Part shown: positions 8,959 to 19,237 of the stretch, in pieces | How positions within the stretch are numbered: position 1 is the stretch's first letter | How the letters are laid out: the number at the start of each line of letters is the position of its first letter | IMG/VR virus record: IMGVR_UViG_3300025357_000008 | Location: 1 to 64,000 of that record | Reading direction: 5' to 3' (one strand) | From: a virus | Taxonomy: Duplodnaviria > Caudoviricetes | DNA: 64,000 nucleotides | The notes under the pieces: generated by a model | Databases searched by the model: none | What the model was told of the DNA's origin: nothing | The model's input: only the letters and a program-made list of their open reading frames with translations | Made by a program: the position numbers and the translations under genes

Positions 8959-10761
8959 ATGACAGAGTACGAAGGTATTAAGATAGATTTAGACAGAGAT
9001 AAACTATTTGATGAATTAGGAGTGAAGAGACTTAAAGAAAGTTACATGAAGGAGGACGAACAATCACCACAACATAGGTTTGCATATGTATCAAAAACAT
9101 TTGGAAGTAATAAGGAACATGCTCAACGTTTGTATGAGTATTCTAGTAAACATTGGCTCTCTTATTCTACTCCTATCTTATCTTTCGGTAGGAGTAAGCG
9201 TGGTTTGCCTATATCATGTTTCCTTAACTATATTGAAGATACTGCGGAGGGTTTAGTTGAAAACTTATCAGAAACTAATTGGCTTTCTATGTTGGGAGGT
9301 GGAGTGGGTATTGGGTTCGGCATTCGTTCTGCTGATGACAAGTCTACTGGTGTTATGCCTCACCTTAAAATGTATGATGCGAGTTCTTTGGCTTATCGCC
9401 AAGGCCGTACTCGCCGTGGTTCTTATGCCGCTTATCTTGATATTAGTCATCCTGACATTAATTCGTTTATTGAACTTAGAAAGCCTACGGGCGATCCTAA
9501 CATCAGATGCTTAAATCTGCATCACGGTATTAACATACCGGATTCTTTCATGCAAATCATTGAGAAGTGCATGTTAGACCCTAATGCAGATGATTCATGG
9601 GAATTAAAAGATCCTCATTCAGGTGAAGTGCGTGATGTTGTATCGGCAAAGCACTTGTGGGAACAGATTCTAGAACTACGTATGCACACAGGTGAACCAT
9701 ATATTCACTTCATTGATACGAGCAATAGAAAATTACCGAAATGGTTGAAGAAATTAGGTTTGAAAGTACATCAATCAAATCTTTGCTCAGAAATCATTTT
9801 ACCCACTAACGAAGAAAGAACGGCAGTTTGTTGTTTGTCTTCATTAAACTTGGAGTATTATGATGAATGGAAAAATGACAAACAGTTTCTCAGAGATGTG
9901 GCTGAAATGCTCGATAATGTGCTACAATACTTTATTGACAATGCTCCGGATACTGTGGCAAGAGCCAAGTATTCTGCTATGCGTGAGCGTTCTATTGGGG
10001 TGGGTGCTCTTGGGTTTCACGCTTATCTTCAGAGAAACAACATAGCATTTGAAAGTGTAATCGCCAAAGTGGCAAATAATAAAATGTTTAAGCATATAAG
10101 AAAGGGTTTAGATGAAGCGAATCATCAATTGGGTAAAGAACGAGGAGAGGCTCCAGATGCCGTTGGTACGGGCTTACGCTTTAGCCATCTTATGGCTATT
10201 GCTCCTAACGCTAGTTCCTCTATCATTATGGGTAATACTAGCCCTTCTGTGGAACCTTATCGTGCCAATGCTTATCGTCAGGATACTTTATCTGGCTCAT
10301 ACCTCAACAAAAACAGATACCTCGACAGACTCATCAAATCAAAGTTAGGTGAAGTTGATGGTGTACTTTCTGAAAAGTATAGTGATGTTTGGTCCTCTAT
10401 TATTGCTAATGATGGCTCTGTTCAGCATTTGGATATTCTTTCTGACATCGAAAAAGAAGTATTCAAAACATCAATGGAAATAGACCAACGATGGGTTATT
10501 GAACTTGCCGCTGATAGACAAGACCATATAGACCAAGCACAATCATTGAATCTGTTCTTTAGACCAGATGCACATATTAAGTATCTACATGCTATTCACT
10601 TTATGGCATGGAAGAAAGGTTTGAAGACTTTATACTATTGCCGTTCTGAGAAGATTGGTAAAGCAGATAAAGTGTCAAAGAGAATTGAAAGACAAGTAAT
10701 TGAAGAATTAGATATGACACAAGTTGCACAAGGCAACGATTGCCTAGCATGTGAGGGTTAA
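8959..10761 (+). CDS. nrdA: Ribonucleotide reductase class I alpha subunit (short form, no ATP cone)
   Basis: SNLCSEI, AVCCLSS, APNASSS, KTLYYCR, C-terminal CLACEG. Confidence 0.96.
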   Translation: MTEYEGIKIDLDRDKLFDELGVKRLKESYMKEDEQSPQHRFAYVSKTFGSNKEHAQRLYEYSSKHWLSYSTPILSFGRSKRGLPISCFLNYIEDTAEGLVENLSETNWLSMLGGGVGIGFGIRSADDKSTGVMPHLKMYDASSLAYRQGRTRRGSYAAYLDISHPDINSFIELRKPTGDPNIRCLNLHHGINIPDSFMQIIEKCMLDPNADDSWELKDPHSGEVRDVVSAKHLWEQILELRMHTGEPYIHFIDTSNRKLPKWLKKLGLKVHQSNLCSEIILPTNEERTAVCCLSSLNLEYYDEWKNDKQFLRDVAEMLDNVLQYFIDNAPDTVARAKYSAMRERSIGVGALGFHAYLQRNNIAFESVIAKVANNKMFKHIRKGLDEANHQLGKERGEAPDAVGTGLRFSHLMAIAPNASSSIIMGNTSPSVEPYRANAYRQDTLSGSYLNKNRYLDRLIKSKLGEVDGVLSEKYSDVWSSIIANDGSVQHLDILSDIEKEVFKTSMEIDQRWVIELAADRQDHIDQAQSLNLFFRPDAHIKYLHAIHFMAWKKGLKTLYYCRSEKIGKADKVSKRIERQVIEELDMTQVAQGNDCLACEG

Positions 10762-11151
10762 ATGAAAGACATTAGAGTATTAGTACAAGCAGGAGGAGAC
10801 GTAAAAGATTTTGTGTTTCCTATTGTTTTGAGTACACCCGATAGTAGCACACTTGCTACCATATGCAAAGGTCAAGAAACTGAAGTAGTCGGCAAAAAGG
10901 TCACAATTATAGTGACTGCTGACCTGACTATCAAGTTTAAAAACCCAAGAGCAAAAAGGCCATACATTGTCTTTATTGATTCTGAAAAAGGAATAAAAAA
11001 GAAAGTAAAGATGTATGAGAAGATTAATGCTCATTATGAAGATTGGACAGGAACTCATTTCTTAGTGGTACGCAGAAAAGATACCGATAGAAAAGAATTC
11101 TTATTATTGATTGCAGACGATAGATATATTAACACATTGATAACACATTAA
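10762..11151 (+). CDS. Hypothetical protein
   Basis: Operon-coupled ORF. Confidence 0.45.
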   Translation: MKDIRVLVQAGGDVKDFVFPIVLSTPDSSTLATICKGQETEVVGKKVTIIVTADLTIKFKNPRAKRPYIVFIDSEKGIKKKVKMYEKINAHYEDWTGTHFLVVRRKDTDRKEFLLLIADDRYINTLITH

Positions 11152-11152
11152 A

Positions 11153-11809
11153 ATGAAACCAACAATCGCTATGTTTATTAACGACCCAAAATGCTCAGTT
11201 CAATCTGGCAATGGGTTGATGAGAGCACTTGGCGAACATTACAATTTCAAATTATTCTCAAAGAGTGAAATGGAGGAAGGCTTCTTTGACAAGAACATTG
11301 ACATCGTAGCCTTTCCTGGTGGATTCGGTGATTCAGATTCTTTCGATACACTACTTAAAGAAAATGGTAGATATGTAAGAAAGTTTGTGAGAAAGGGTGG
11401 TAAGTACTTAGGTATCTGTATGGGTGCATTTTGGGCAGGTAGACATTACTTTAATCTATTAGAGGATGTAGATGTGTTCCAATATATAACTCAAGAAGAT
11501 GCTTGTACAAGAAGACCCCATGCTAAAAATATGCCGACAGAATGGTATGGCGGTTTGATGAAACACAATATGTTCTTTTATGACGGACCTACATTTGTGG
11601 GTGATGGTGAGTTCAATACACTTGCTACATATTCACAAAGCGGATTACCTATGGCAATCAGACAGAAGAATATTACATTGATTGGTTGCCATCCTGAAAG
11701 TGAAGAATTCTGGTATGATGGTTATTCTTATATGAAAGGTAAGTATCATGGTGGTATTCAACACGACTTACTACTAGATGTAGTGAATGAACTTATGGGG
11801 ATAAAATGA
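11153..11809 (+). CDS. Class I glutamine amidotransferase-like (BPL_N-type) protein
   Basis: FPGG, YLGICMGA nucleophile elbow, HPE motif. Confidence 0.8.
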   Translation: MKPTIAMFINDPKCSVQSGNGLMRALGEHYNFKLFSKSEMEEGFFDKNIDIVAFPGGFGDSDSFDTLLKENGRYVRKFVRKGGKYLGICMGAFWAGRHYFNLLEDVDVFQYITQEDACTRRPHAKNMPTEWYGGLMKHNMFFYDGPTFVGDGEFNTLATYSQSGLPMAIRQKNITLIGCHPESEEFWYDGYSYMKGKYHGGIQHDLLLDVVNELMGIK

Positions 11810-11936
11810 TTGTAATTGATTTGCTATTTGCAGGATTTATAACGTGTATTGGATGGTGGGGTGCAGAGCATTATGTTATTGAGCCTTATTTCCCGCCACC
11901 AATCGAACAACAAGAAACAACAACAGCAACAAAGAA

Positions 11937-12182
11937 ATGAAAAAAATACTACGATTTACAGCAGAATGGTGTAAGCCATGCGTACAGTTAACTGAGAACT
12001 TAGAACGTGCAGATTTAAAAACACCGCTTGAAGTTATCGACATTGAGTCTGATAATATTCTTGCAACAGAACATGGCGTTCGTAATTTACCGACAATGAT
12101 TATGTTACAAGACGGTAAAGAGATAAGCAGATTAGTAGGACTCAAAACACCTAAACAAATTAAAGAGTGGGCAAACGAATGA
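11937..12182 (+). CDS. Thioredoxin
   Basis: FTAEWCKPC active site, GVRNLPT; between nrdA and nrdB. Confidence 0.9.
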   Translation: MKKILRFTAEWCKPCVQLTENLERADLKTPLEVIDIESDNILATEHGVRNLPTMIMLQDGKEISRLVGLKTPKQIKEWANE

Positions 12183-13165
12183 TTAAAAAAGCTGGCACAA
12201 ATTTAACAGACACAAGAGATTCATTTAAACCATTTAGTTATCCTTGGGCTTATGAAGCCTGGTTGAAACATGAGCAGTCACATTGGTTACATACAGAAGT
12301 GCCAATGATGGAAGATGAGAAAGATTGGAAAAAGAAACTGACTGCTGGTGAGAAAAAGTTTTTAACACATATCTTTAGATTCTTTACTCAAGGCGACATT
12401 GACGTTGCCGGTGGTTACGTTAAAAACTATCTACCACATTTTGCACAACCTGAAGTTCGTATGATGCTTTTAGGTTTTGCGGCAAGAGAAGCATTACACG
12501 TTGCGGCTTATTCTCATTTGATTGAGACTTTAGGTTTACCTGATACAACGTACAATGAATTCATGGAATATGCCGCTATGAAAGAGAAGCATGAGTATTT
12601 GTTAGCACAATCAAACGTTGAAGCAACTGCATCAACAACTGCTAGAAATATTGCAATGTTCTCAGCGTTCACAGAAGGTATGCAACTGTTCAGTTCGTTC
12701 ATTATGCTCTTAAACTTCCCAAGACATGGCAAGATGAAGGGTATGGGTCAAATCGTCACATGGTCGATTGTAGACGAAACTCAACATACCGAAAATATGA
12801 TTAAATTGTTTAGAACATTCATACAAGAGAATCAAGCAGTTTGGAATGATGAACTCAAAAGTGAGATATATACAATTGCAGAAAGAATGGTACAATTAGA
12901 AGACAAGTTTATTGACTTGGCTTTTGAGATGGGACCTATGGAAGATTTAACTTCAGAAGACGTTAAAAAATACATTCGTTATATTGCAGACCGTAGATTA
13001 ATCTCTTTAGGTCTAAAAGGTGTTTTCAAAGTTAAACGTAATCCTCTACCTTGGGTAGAAGAGATGATTAACGCACCTACACACACCAACTTCTTTGAGA
13101 ATAGAGCAACTGACTATGCGAAAGGTGCTTTGAAAGGACATTGGAAGGATGTGTGGGCACATTAA
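12167..13165 (+). CDS. nrdB: Ribonucleotide reductase class I beta subunit
   Basis: REALHVAAYS, FTEGMQLFSSF, DETQH diiron ligands, NFFE tail; start may be 12179. Confidence 0.96.
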   Translation: MGKRMIKKAGTNLTDTRDSFKPFSYPWAYEAWLKHEQSHWLHTEVPMMEDEKDWKKKLTAGEKKFLTHIFRFFTQGDIDVAGGYVKNYLPHFAQPEVRMMLLGFAAREALHVAAYSHLIETLGLPDTTYNEFMEYAAMKEKHEYLLAQSNVEATASTTARNIAMFSAFTEGMQLFSSFIMLLNFPRHGKMKGMGQIVTWSIVDETQHTENMIKLFRTFIQENQAVWNDELKSEIYTIAERMVQLEDKFIDLAFEMGPMEDLTSEDVKKYIRYIADRRLISLGLKGVFKVKRNPLPWVEEMINAPTHTNFFENRATDYAKGALKGHWKDVWAH

Positions 13166-13185
13166 AATAATAATAAGGAAATAAA

Positions 13186-13371
13186 ATGGAAAGACAAGTA
13201 ACCGGAGAATGTAGCAGTTGTGAATCTCACTATACAATTGCTTTTGTTGAAGAAATAGTATCGGAAGAATTACCTGAGTATTGCCCATTTTGCGGTGAAA
13301 CCATTGAAGCCATCACGGAAGACTATATAGATGATGATGACTTCAATGAGAATGAGGAATGGGACAACTAA
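13186..13371 (+). CDS. Zn-ribbon protein with acidic tail
   Basis: CSSC...CPFCG. Confidence 0.75.
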   Translation: MERQVTGECSSCESHYTIAFVEEIVSEELPEYCPFCGETIEAITEDYIDDDDFNENEEWDN

Positions 13372-13793
13372 ATTGGAAATATAAAGAACAAGAATTTACC
13401 GAAGAAATGATTGGCGACAATTATGGCTTTGTCTACTTAATTACCAATACCGTTAATGGTAGAAAATATATCGGTAAAAAGTTCTTTTATTCTAGCAAGA
13501 CTAAACAAGTCAAAGGTAAGAAAAAACGTTACAAAATTTTTAGTGACTGGCAAACTTACTATGGAAGTAGTGAGGAATTGAAAAAAGATGTTATAATACA
13601 CACAAAGGAAAACTTTACTAGAGAGATAATTCATTTATGCAAATCTAAAGGTGAATGTGGTTATCTTGAGGCTAAAGAACAATTTGTGCAAGGTGCTTTG
13701 GAAAGTGATGACTATTACAATACATGGATTATGGTAAGAGTAAGAAAGTCACATATTAAGGAATATAATGCTGGACTATCTAAAATTAGTTGA
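13359..13793 (+). CDS. GIY-YIG endonuclease (T4 Endo II/DenA-like)
   Basis: GFVYLITN...KYIGKK, YYGSS, YYN; 144 aa with no extra DNA-binding domain. Confidence 0.85.
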   Translation: MGQLNWKYKEQEFTEEMIGDNYGFVYLITNTVNGRKYIGKKFFYSSKTKQVKGKKKRYKIFSDWQTYYGSSEELKKDVIIHTKENFTREIIHLCKSKGECGYLEAKEQFVQGALESDDYYNTWIMVRVRKSHIKEYNAGLSKIS

Positions 13794-14109
13794 AGGTTAC
13801 GATATATTATTTTTCATTCCTAATGACGAGCATGAAGATGCTATGACGGTCAGAGGTGAAACATATCTCGATAAAGGGGAAGAAATTGACCGCACATCGG
13901 TAGGACCTTCATGGACTGTAATGTTGTTTAAATACAACGAAGAAGGTATGGTAACAGACCTAGAACGATTTGATGCGGTACTTTCAGAGCCTAGAGAGTA
14001 CATTTCGACACTTATACCGGATGACTGGTTTGGTGTTGTTGCTAGAAGAACAACAAAGTCTGCCGAAATAATTGAAGATTTATTTGACAGCCTTAAAAAA
14101 TTATGTTAG
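13768..14109 (+). CDS. Acidic hypothetical protein
   Basis: Operon-coupled ORF. Confidence 0.5.
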   Translation: MLDYLKLVEGYDILFFIPNDEHEDAMTVRGETYLDKGEEIDRTSVGPSWTVMLFKYNEEGMVTDLERFDAVLSEPREYISTLIPDDWFGVVARRTTKSAEIIEDLFDSLKKLC

Positions 14110-14138
14110 AATCATACATGTAACTACCGAAAGAATAT

Positions 14139-14990
14139 ATGATTTTAATTGATATTAACCAAGTTGTGCTATCAGGACTAATGGCACAAATTGACCAGAA
14201 AAAACAGTTTGATATGCCGGAAGATATGTTCAGGCATATCGTATTAAATATTATTCGTTCACACGTTAAAAAGTTTAAAAACAAATACGGTGAAGTTATC
14301 ATCTGCTGTGATAACAGAAAATACTGGCGCAAAGAAGTCTTTGAATTCTACAAAGCAAGCCGAAAGAAGAGCAGAGAAAAGTCTAAGTTAGATTGGCACT
14401 ACATATTTGATATGCTGACTAAATTTAAAGACGAGATTAAGCAAAATATGCCTTACAAGGTCATTGACGTTGAAGGTGCAGAAGCCGATGATATTATTGC
14501 AACTCTTGCCGAAAGTTCAAACCCAAACAAAGAAAAAGTTCTAGTGCTGTCTAGTGACAATGACTTTCTACAACTTCAAATGTTTAAGAATGTCACACAA
14601 TACAATCCTGCAACTAAAAAGTTCTTAGTTTCCGAATCACCAATTCAAGACTTAAAGTTAAAAGTCATTCAAGGTGATAAAGGTGACGGCATACCTAATG
14701 TTTTATCTCCTGGTGACACGTTTGTATCCGGTGGAAGACAGAAAGCACTAACAGAGGCTAATCTTGCTCTGTTACTCAATACACCACACGAAGACTGGTC
14801 TGATGATGTGGCTAAGAAAGGATTTGAAAGAAATCGTCAACTGATTGATTTCAGATACATACCGAAAGAACTTAAAGAAAAAATTATAAACGAATACAAA
14901 ACAGTAAAGCCTCAATCAAGGCAAAAAATGTTCTCTTATTTCATTGATAAGAGACTGACTAATCTAATGGATGTAATAGAGGAATTTTAA
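14139..14990 (+). CDS. rnh: T4-type RNase H / 5'-3' exonuclease
   Basis: YWRK...YKASRKK, EADDIIA, SSDNDFLQL, GDKGDGIPN. Confidence 0.93.
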   Translation: MILIDINQVVLSGLMAQIDQKKQFDMPEDMFRHIVLNIIRSHVKKFKNKYGEVIICCDNRKYWRKEVFEFYKASRKKSREKSKLDWHYIFDMLTKFKDEIKQNMPYKVIDVEGAEADDIIATLAESSNPNKEKVLVLSSDNDFLQLQMFKNVTQYNPATKKFLVSESPIQDLKLKVIQGDKGDGIPNVLSPGDTFVSGGRQKALTEANLALLLNTPHEDWSDDVAKKGFERNRQLIDFRYIPKELKEKIINEYKTVKPQSRQKMFSYFIDKRLTNLMDVIEEF

Positions 14991-15421
14991 TGGCTACGAA
15001 AAACATATATGAGATATTCGATGAGTTCGAAAAGGCAAAAAGCCATCAAGAACGAATGAATATCATTGGTAGAAATTTAAGCGGTACACTTGTTGAAGTT
15101 TTGAAGATGACTTTTCATCCGGAATATCAATGGAAGATTACAGAGTTACCGAGTGACTACAAAATACCGACAGACCAATTACCAGGTCTTACATATGACA
15201 CAATAAGTAACAAAATTAAAAAATTATATTTGTTTAGAGAAGGACATCCTACTGCAAATTCTCTAACCCCAAAGAAACAGAATGAATTACTCATTCAAAT
15301 GCTAGAATCACTAGAGCCTCGTGATGCTGAGGTTATTTTAGGTATCTTTAACAAAGACCAAGGTGTTAAAGGTTTAGATTATAAGTTTGTGAAACAAGCA
15401 TTTCCAGCAATGTTGCCATAA
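14990..15421 (+). CDS. Conserved T4-like hypothetical protein downstream of rnh
   Basis: TAATG-coupled; IQMLESLEPRDAEV...AFP pattern. Confidence 0.6.
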   Translation: MATKNIYEIFDEFEKAKSHQERMNIIGRNLSGTLVEVLKMTFHPEYQWKITELPSDYKIPTDQLPGLTYDTISNKIKKLYLFREGHPTANSLTPKKQNELLIQMLESLEPRDAEVILGIFNKDQGVKGLDYKFVKQAFPAMLP

Positions 15422-15603
15422 GGAGGTAAATTAGGTGTCAAAATTTTTGGGTAAGTTTCGGAAGGACCAAGATACTTTAGAAGATTACAATGAGTATCAA
15501 AGGAATCGTAAGAAAAACAAAAAGAATAAGAATTTCAAGCATTTTGCCGATATGGATTATGCCGAACAGGAGTCTATAACTTTAAGACCTAGAAATAGAA
15601 AAC

Positions 15604-15655
15604 CGTTGCATTAATACAACATTGCCTTGACAAACCTCCACAGGTGTGCTAGAAT
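15604..15655 (+). promoter_or_regulatory. Sigma70 promoter with upstream (T/C)GTTG-N8-CAACA palindrome
   Basis: CGTTGcattaataCAACA, TTGACA 15627-15632, 17 bp spacer, TAGAAT. Confidence 0.7.
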
Positions 15656-15675
15656 TGAAGTTCTGGAGGTTAGAA

Positions 15676-16005
15676 ATGATTATACATCCTAGTTTTAAAA
15701 AGACAAAGAAACATAAACTACCAAAAGCAGTACGTGAACAATATGAATCGTGGCTAAAGTCACACACACCTGAGAAAAAAGTCGTTATGAAATCTGAAAA
15801 ACTTGTCTACAAACTTTCTTCCTCACCAAGAGGCGAGACAGTTCGCTATCCTTCATTAAATACCGGCTTAGCCGTTGCAACAAAAGCACCTGCTAAAGTT
15901 TATACGGGTACAAAAGTGATGGGTATTGCAACAATGCACAAATCCAACGCTGTTCCTGTGTTTAATAACGAAGAAGCCGTTGCAATTTCAAGTATGAGAC
16001 GATAA
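15676..16005 (+). CDS. Conserved phage hypothetical protein (YTG...GIATMHKSNAVPVF family)
   Basis: GGAGG RBS; recognisable C-terminal motif. Confidence 0.65.
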   Translation: MIIHPSFKKTKKHKLPKAVREQYESWLKSHTPEKKVVMKSEKLVYKLSSSPRGETVRYPSLNTGLAVATKAPAKVYTGTKVMGIATMHKSNAVPVFNNEEAVAISSMRR

Positions 16006-16006
16006 A

Positions 16007-16153
16007 ATGAAGAAAAAAACATCCTTTGTTGTAAATTTGCAACGTCCTCATTGTCGGACACCGATAAAACCTGTACAACCTCATAAAATTGAGGTAAAAT
16101 ATGCTCGTAAACCCAAACATCCACAAAAAATGAGAGAAAATTATGAAAATTAA
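16007..16153 (+). CDS. Small basic protein with KYxRKxKH motif (ArfA/T4 gp30.9-like)
   Basis: Hand-translated 48 aa: MKKKTSFVVNLQRPHCRTPIKPVQPHKIEVKYARKPKHPQKMRENYEN. Confidence 0.45.
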   Translation: MKKKTSFVVNLQRPHCRTPIKPVQPHKIEVKYARKPKHPQKMRENYEN

Positions 16154-16406
16154 CCACAAACCACTCGACAAAGTGATGAAGGCATGGGGTGAGAGCATTG
16201 AAAAACCCAATTTTTCGAGAATTTATAATGTAGAAGACCTTTTTGAAGACATTCCGGACAATCCTGACGAGATTTTATTCAAAATTCCCGATGAGGTCCT
16301 TGCGGAAGCAGGATGGCAAGAAGGAGATGAGATAGAAATCAACGCTGAAGGTCAAACTTTAGTATTAAAAAAGAAAGATGTTGCGGTAAACACACAAAGT
16401 ACTTGA
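16143..16406 (+). CDS. AbrB/MazE-type DNA-binding protein
   Basis: FKIPDEVLAEAGWQEGDEIEI...LVLKK swapped-hairpin pattern. Confidence 0.75.
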   Translation: MKINHKPLDKVMKAWGESIEKPNFSRIYNVEDLFEDIPDNPDEILFKIPDEVLAEAGWQEGDEIEINAEGQTLVLKKKDVAVNTQST

Positions 16407-16453
16407 CCTTTGGGCTATTTCTGCTATAATAGAGTCTTACTTATAGGAATGTT

Positions 16454-18568
16454 ATGCAATTAATTCAATCAAAATCTATTTTAGCTAAACTGATGGCTAC
16501 TGAGAACCTTCTCGTTGAAGAACGTAAGTGTTCTACCGCATCCTTTGATGTCAAAAATCGTATTTTGACAATTCCGATTCTTAGTAAAAAACTATCAACC
16601 GAACTTTACGACTTATTCACAGGTCACGAGGTCGGTCATGCACTCTATACACCTTTAGAAGGCATGAAAGCCGCTATCGAATCTAAGACTGTCAATCCTG
16701 GCATTCTAAATGTCGTAGAAGATGTACGTATTGAAAAGAAAATTCAATCTAAGTTTCCTGGTCTTAGAAGTTCATTCTTAAAGGCATATAATGAATTGCT
16801 TGACCGTGATTTCTTTGATACTGCCAGTAAAGACCTTAATCAATTAAATTTCATTGACCGTATTAACATGCACTCTAAAGGCGGTGCTCAACTACTCATT
16901 AAATTTAGTGATGAAGAGAAAGAACTTTTAAAAGAAGTTCAAGAAACTGAAACCTATGATGAAGTCGTTGAAGTTGCTAAACGTATTCAGGCCTTTATGA
17001 AAAAACAAGCCGAAGAAAAGCGTGAAGAGCAAAGAGAAAAAATGCGTAGGGCTGAAGACCAAGACGGTGACAGTCCTGAAGATTTCGATATGGACCATAG
17101 TGATATGGATTTTGATGACTTAACTGAGGATAATGATGATACTGATTATGAGTCTAGCAATCCTGCTGATGACGTAAAATCTTTTACCGATGAGGCTTAC
17201 CGCAGAAATGAGAATCGTTTGCTTGATGAAAAATCAAGAGACTTAACATACATGAATGTCCCACAAATCGACACTAAAAAAGTTGTATTTGATTTTAAAG
17301 ATTTGTATGCACAGTTTATTGCCGATAACGGTACATTAGACCATGCGGGTTTTCAAAAATTACGCAAAGAATCTGAAAAGATTGTTTCTTATCTTGTAAA
17401 AGAATTTGAAATGCGTAAAAATGCAGACCAGATGAAACGTGCCTCTATTTCTAAAACAGGTGAATTGAATATGAGTAAAATCTATTCTTACACCTTCGCT
17501 GAAGACCTGTTTAAGAAAATCACAGTTGTACCTAATGGTAAATCACACGGATTAGTTATGTTTATTGACTGGTCCGGTTCTATGCAAAATCACTTGAAAG
17601 GTACTGTTAAGCAATTGTTTAACTTAGTATTATTCTGCCGTAAAGTTTCAATACCTTACGAAGTGTATGCTTTTTCTGACAATCTTACTGATAGCCTCTC
17701 TGATGAAAACTCACCTACAAACTATGTCGTAGAACCTAAAAAAGGTGATATGCAACTCGGTTCTTTCAGATTATTAAATATTCTTTCTAGCCGAATGAGT
17801 TCTTCTGAATTCTCAACTGCATGTGCCGCTTTATGTTCCTATTGTAACTATAGTGCTCTGACTGACGAGTATGGTCAAATGAGTAGACGTATGCCAAGAT
17901 GGTTCAGTCTCGGCTCTACACCTTTGAACGAGACTATCATTGCCGCTATGAAACTTGTACCAGAATTCAAAGAAAAGTATAGACTTCAAAAAGTTCATGC
18001 TGTGTTTTTGACTGATGGTGAAGCCAATACAATTGACCATGTGTGGATTGATAAACCTTCTGATGGAATAACAACATATGGATGTACACAAGGTGTATCT
18101 GCATATCATGGTGCAATTATCCGTGATCCTATCAGTAGAGAACAGGTATACATCGAACAAGCGTACAGAACTTTTGTGACCAAAGGTCTAATTCAATTGA
18201 TGAAAAAGACTGTTGATTGTACTGTGATTGGTTATTATCTTTTGAGTTCCAGCGAAATGAGAAGAAATAGAAGTAACTTCTTTACATCAAGTATTCAACT
18301 TGAAGATGCTCAATTAGACTTTAGAAGAAACAAATTTGCAGTCGTTAAAACTGCTGGCTTTGATGAATACTATTTGTTGAAATCTGAAGAGAGTTCTATC
18401 TACAGTTACGGAAATAGAAAATCTGATATTGAAGAAGATGATGAAGATACTTTTGAAGTTGCCGAAAATGCAACTCGCCGTGGCATTGCATCAGCCTTTG
18501 CAAAATTCAATGCCGGTAAAATGTCGAATCGTGTTGTTCTTAACCGATTCATTAACTTAATTGCATAG
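16454..18568 (+). CDS. CobT-like protein (HExxH metallopeptidase-like N-domain, acidic linker, VWA domain)
   Basis: GHEVGHALYT, NVVEDVRIEK, DWSGSM MIDAS, STPL, FLTDGE. Confidence 0.88.
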   Translation: MQLIQSKSILAKLMATENLLVEERKCSTASFDVKNRILTIPILSKKLSTELYDLFTGHEVGHALYTPLEGMKAAIESKTVNPGILNVVEDVRIEKKIQSKFPGLRSSFLKAYNELLDRDFFDTASKDLNQLNFIDRINMHSKGGAQLLIKFSDEEKELLKEVQETETYDEVVEVAKRIQAFMKKQAEEKREEQREKMRRAEDQDGDSPEDFDMDHSDMDFDDLTEDNDDTDYESSNPADDVKSFTDEAYRRNENRLLDEKSRDLTYMNVPQIDTKKVVFDFKDLYAQFIADNGTLDHAGFQKLRKESEKIVSYLVKEFEMRKNADQMKRASISKTGELNMSKIYSYTFAEDLFKKITVVPNGKSHGLVMFIDWSGSMQNHLKGTVKQLFNLVLFCRKVSIPYEVYAFSDNLTDSLSDENSPTNYVVEPKKGDMQLGSFRLLNILSSRMSSSEFSTACAALCSYCNYSALTDEYGQMSRRMPRWFSLGSTPLNETIIAAMKLVPEFKEKYRLQKVHAVFLTDGEANTIDHVWIDKPSDGITTYGCTQGVSAYHGAIIRDPISREQVYIEQAYRTFVTKGLIQLMKKTVDCTVIGYYLLSSSEMRRNRSNFFTSSIQLEDAQLDFRRNKFAVVKTAGFDEYYLLKSEESSIYSYGNRKSDIEEDDEDTFEVAENATRRGIASAFAKFNAGKMSNRVVLNRFINLIA

Positions 18569-18749
18569 GAGATAAAATGCGCTCAACATTAATTGAACAA
18601 GTGAATGACGGATGGGTTGTTAAACTATTGGAGAATGATAAGGTTGTCAAAATGTCTGTCATCAGGGATTATGCGGATGCTGTAAAATTCTCTGAGCAGT
18701 ATATCAAAGAACAACCTATTAATGAAAAAGTATTACTTAAGGAAAACCT

Positions 18750-19037
18750 GTGAGCGATTTAACTAAAGAACAAAAAGAGATTTTCTGTATTGCACAAGAA
18801 GAATGTGCTGAGGTTACTCAAGCAATATCTAAAATTTTTAGATTCGGTATAAATGCAGAATACAATAACAAAACAAACGTACAACGATTAGAAGAAGAAA
18901 TCGGTGACTTAGTTGCAATGATTAATCTTATGGTGCGTAAAGAAATTATCAATGAAGATAATGTATTGAAAGCGGTAAATTCAAAAAATGAAAGACTTAA
19001 GACCTGGTCTAACATTAATCTAAGTGAAATTGCATGA
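18750..19037 (+). CDS. MazG-like NTP pyrophosphohydrolase
   Basis: QEECAEVTQAISK...LEEEIGDL. Confidence 0.82.
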   Translation: MSDLTKEQKEIFCIAQEECAEVTQAISKIFRFGINAEYNNKTNVQRLEEEIGDLVAMINLMVRKEIINEDNVLKAVNSKNERLKTWSNINLSEIA

Positions 19038-19237
19038 TTGATAACATAGTGTATGTTGCTATTGTATTTTTCTGTACAGGCAATCAATGCGGTGTTATCT
19101 CTGTAGAAAAGCCATATAACAATTATGATGTGTGTATGGCAGAAGTTCAAATTGCTGAAAATAAATTCAGAGAAGATAAGAGAGTCACTATCGTTGAAGG
19201 TAGATGTGCAAGTTTAAAACTAGGAGTTAAATCATAA
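19034..19237 (+). CDS. Small Cys-containing hypothetical protein
   Basis: Coupled ORF. Confidence 0.45.
   Translation: MIDNIVYVAIVFFCTGNQCGVISVEKPYNNYDVCMAEVQIAENKFREDKRVTIVEGRCASLKLGVKS

Noticed and set aside
13359-13793. Mobile homing endonuclease or intron near nrdB
   Set aside because: Short catalytic-only Endo II-like protein; nrdA, nrdB and thyX are uninterrupted.
16143-16406. Toxin-antitoxin module
   Set aside because: The AbrB/MazE-like gene has no adjacent recognisable toxin; treated as a stand-alone regulator.
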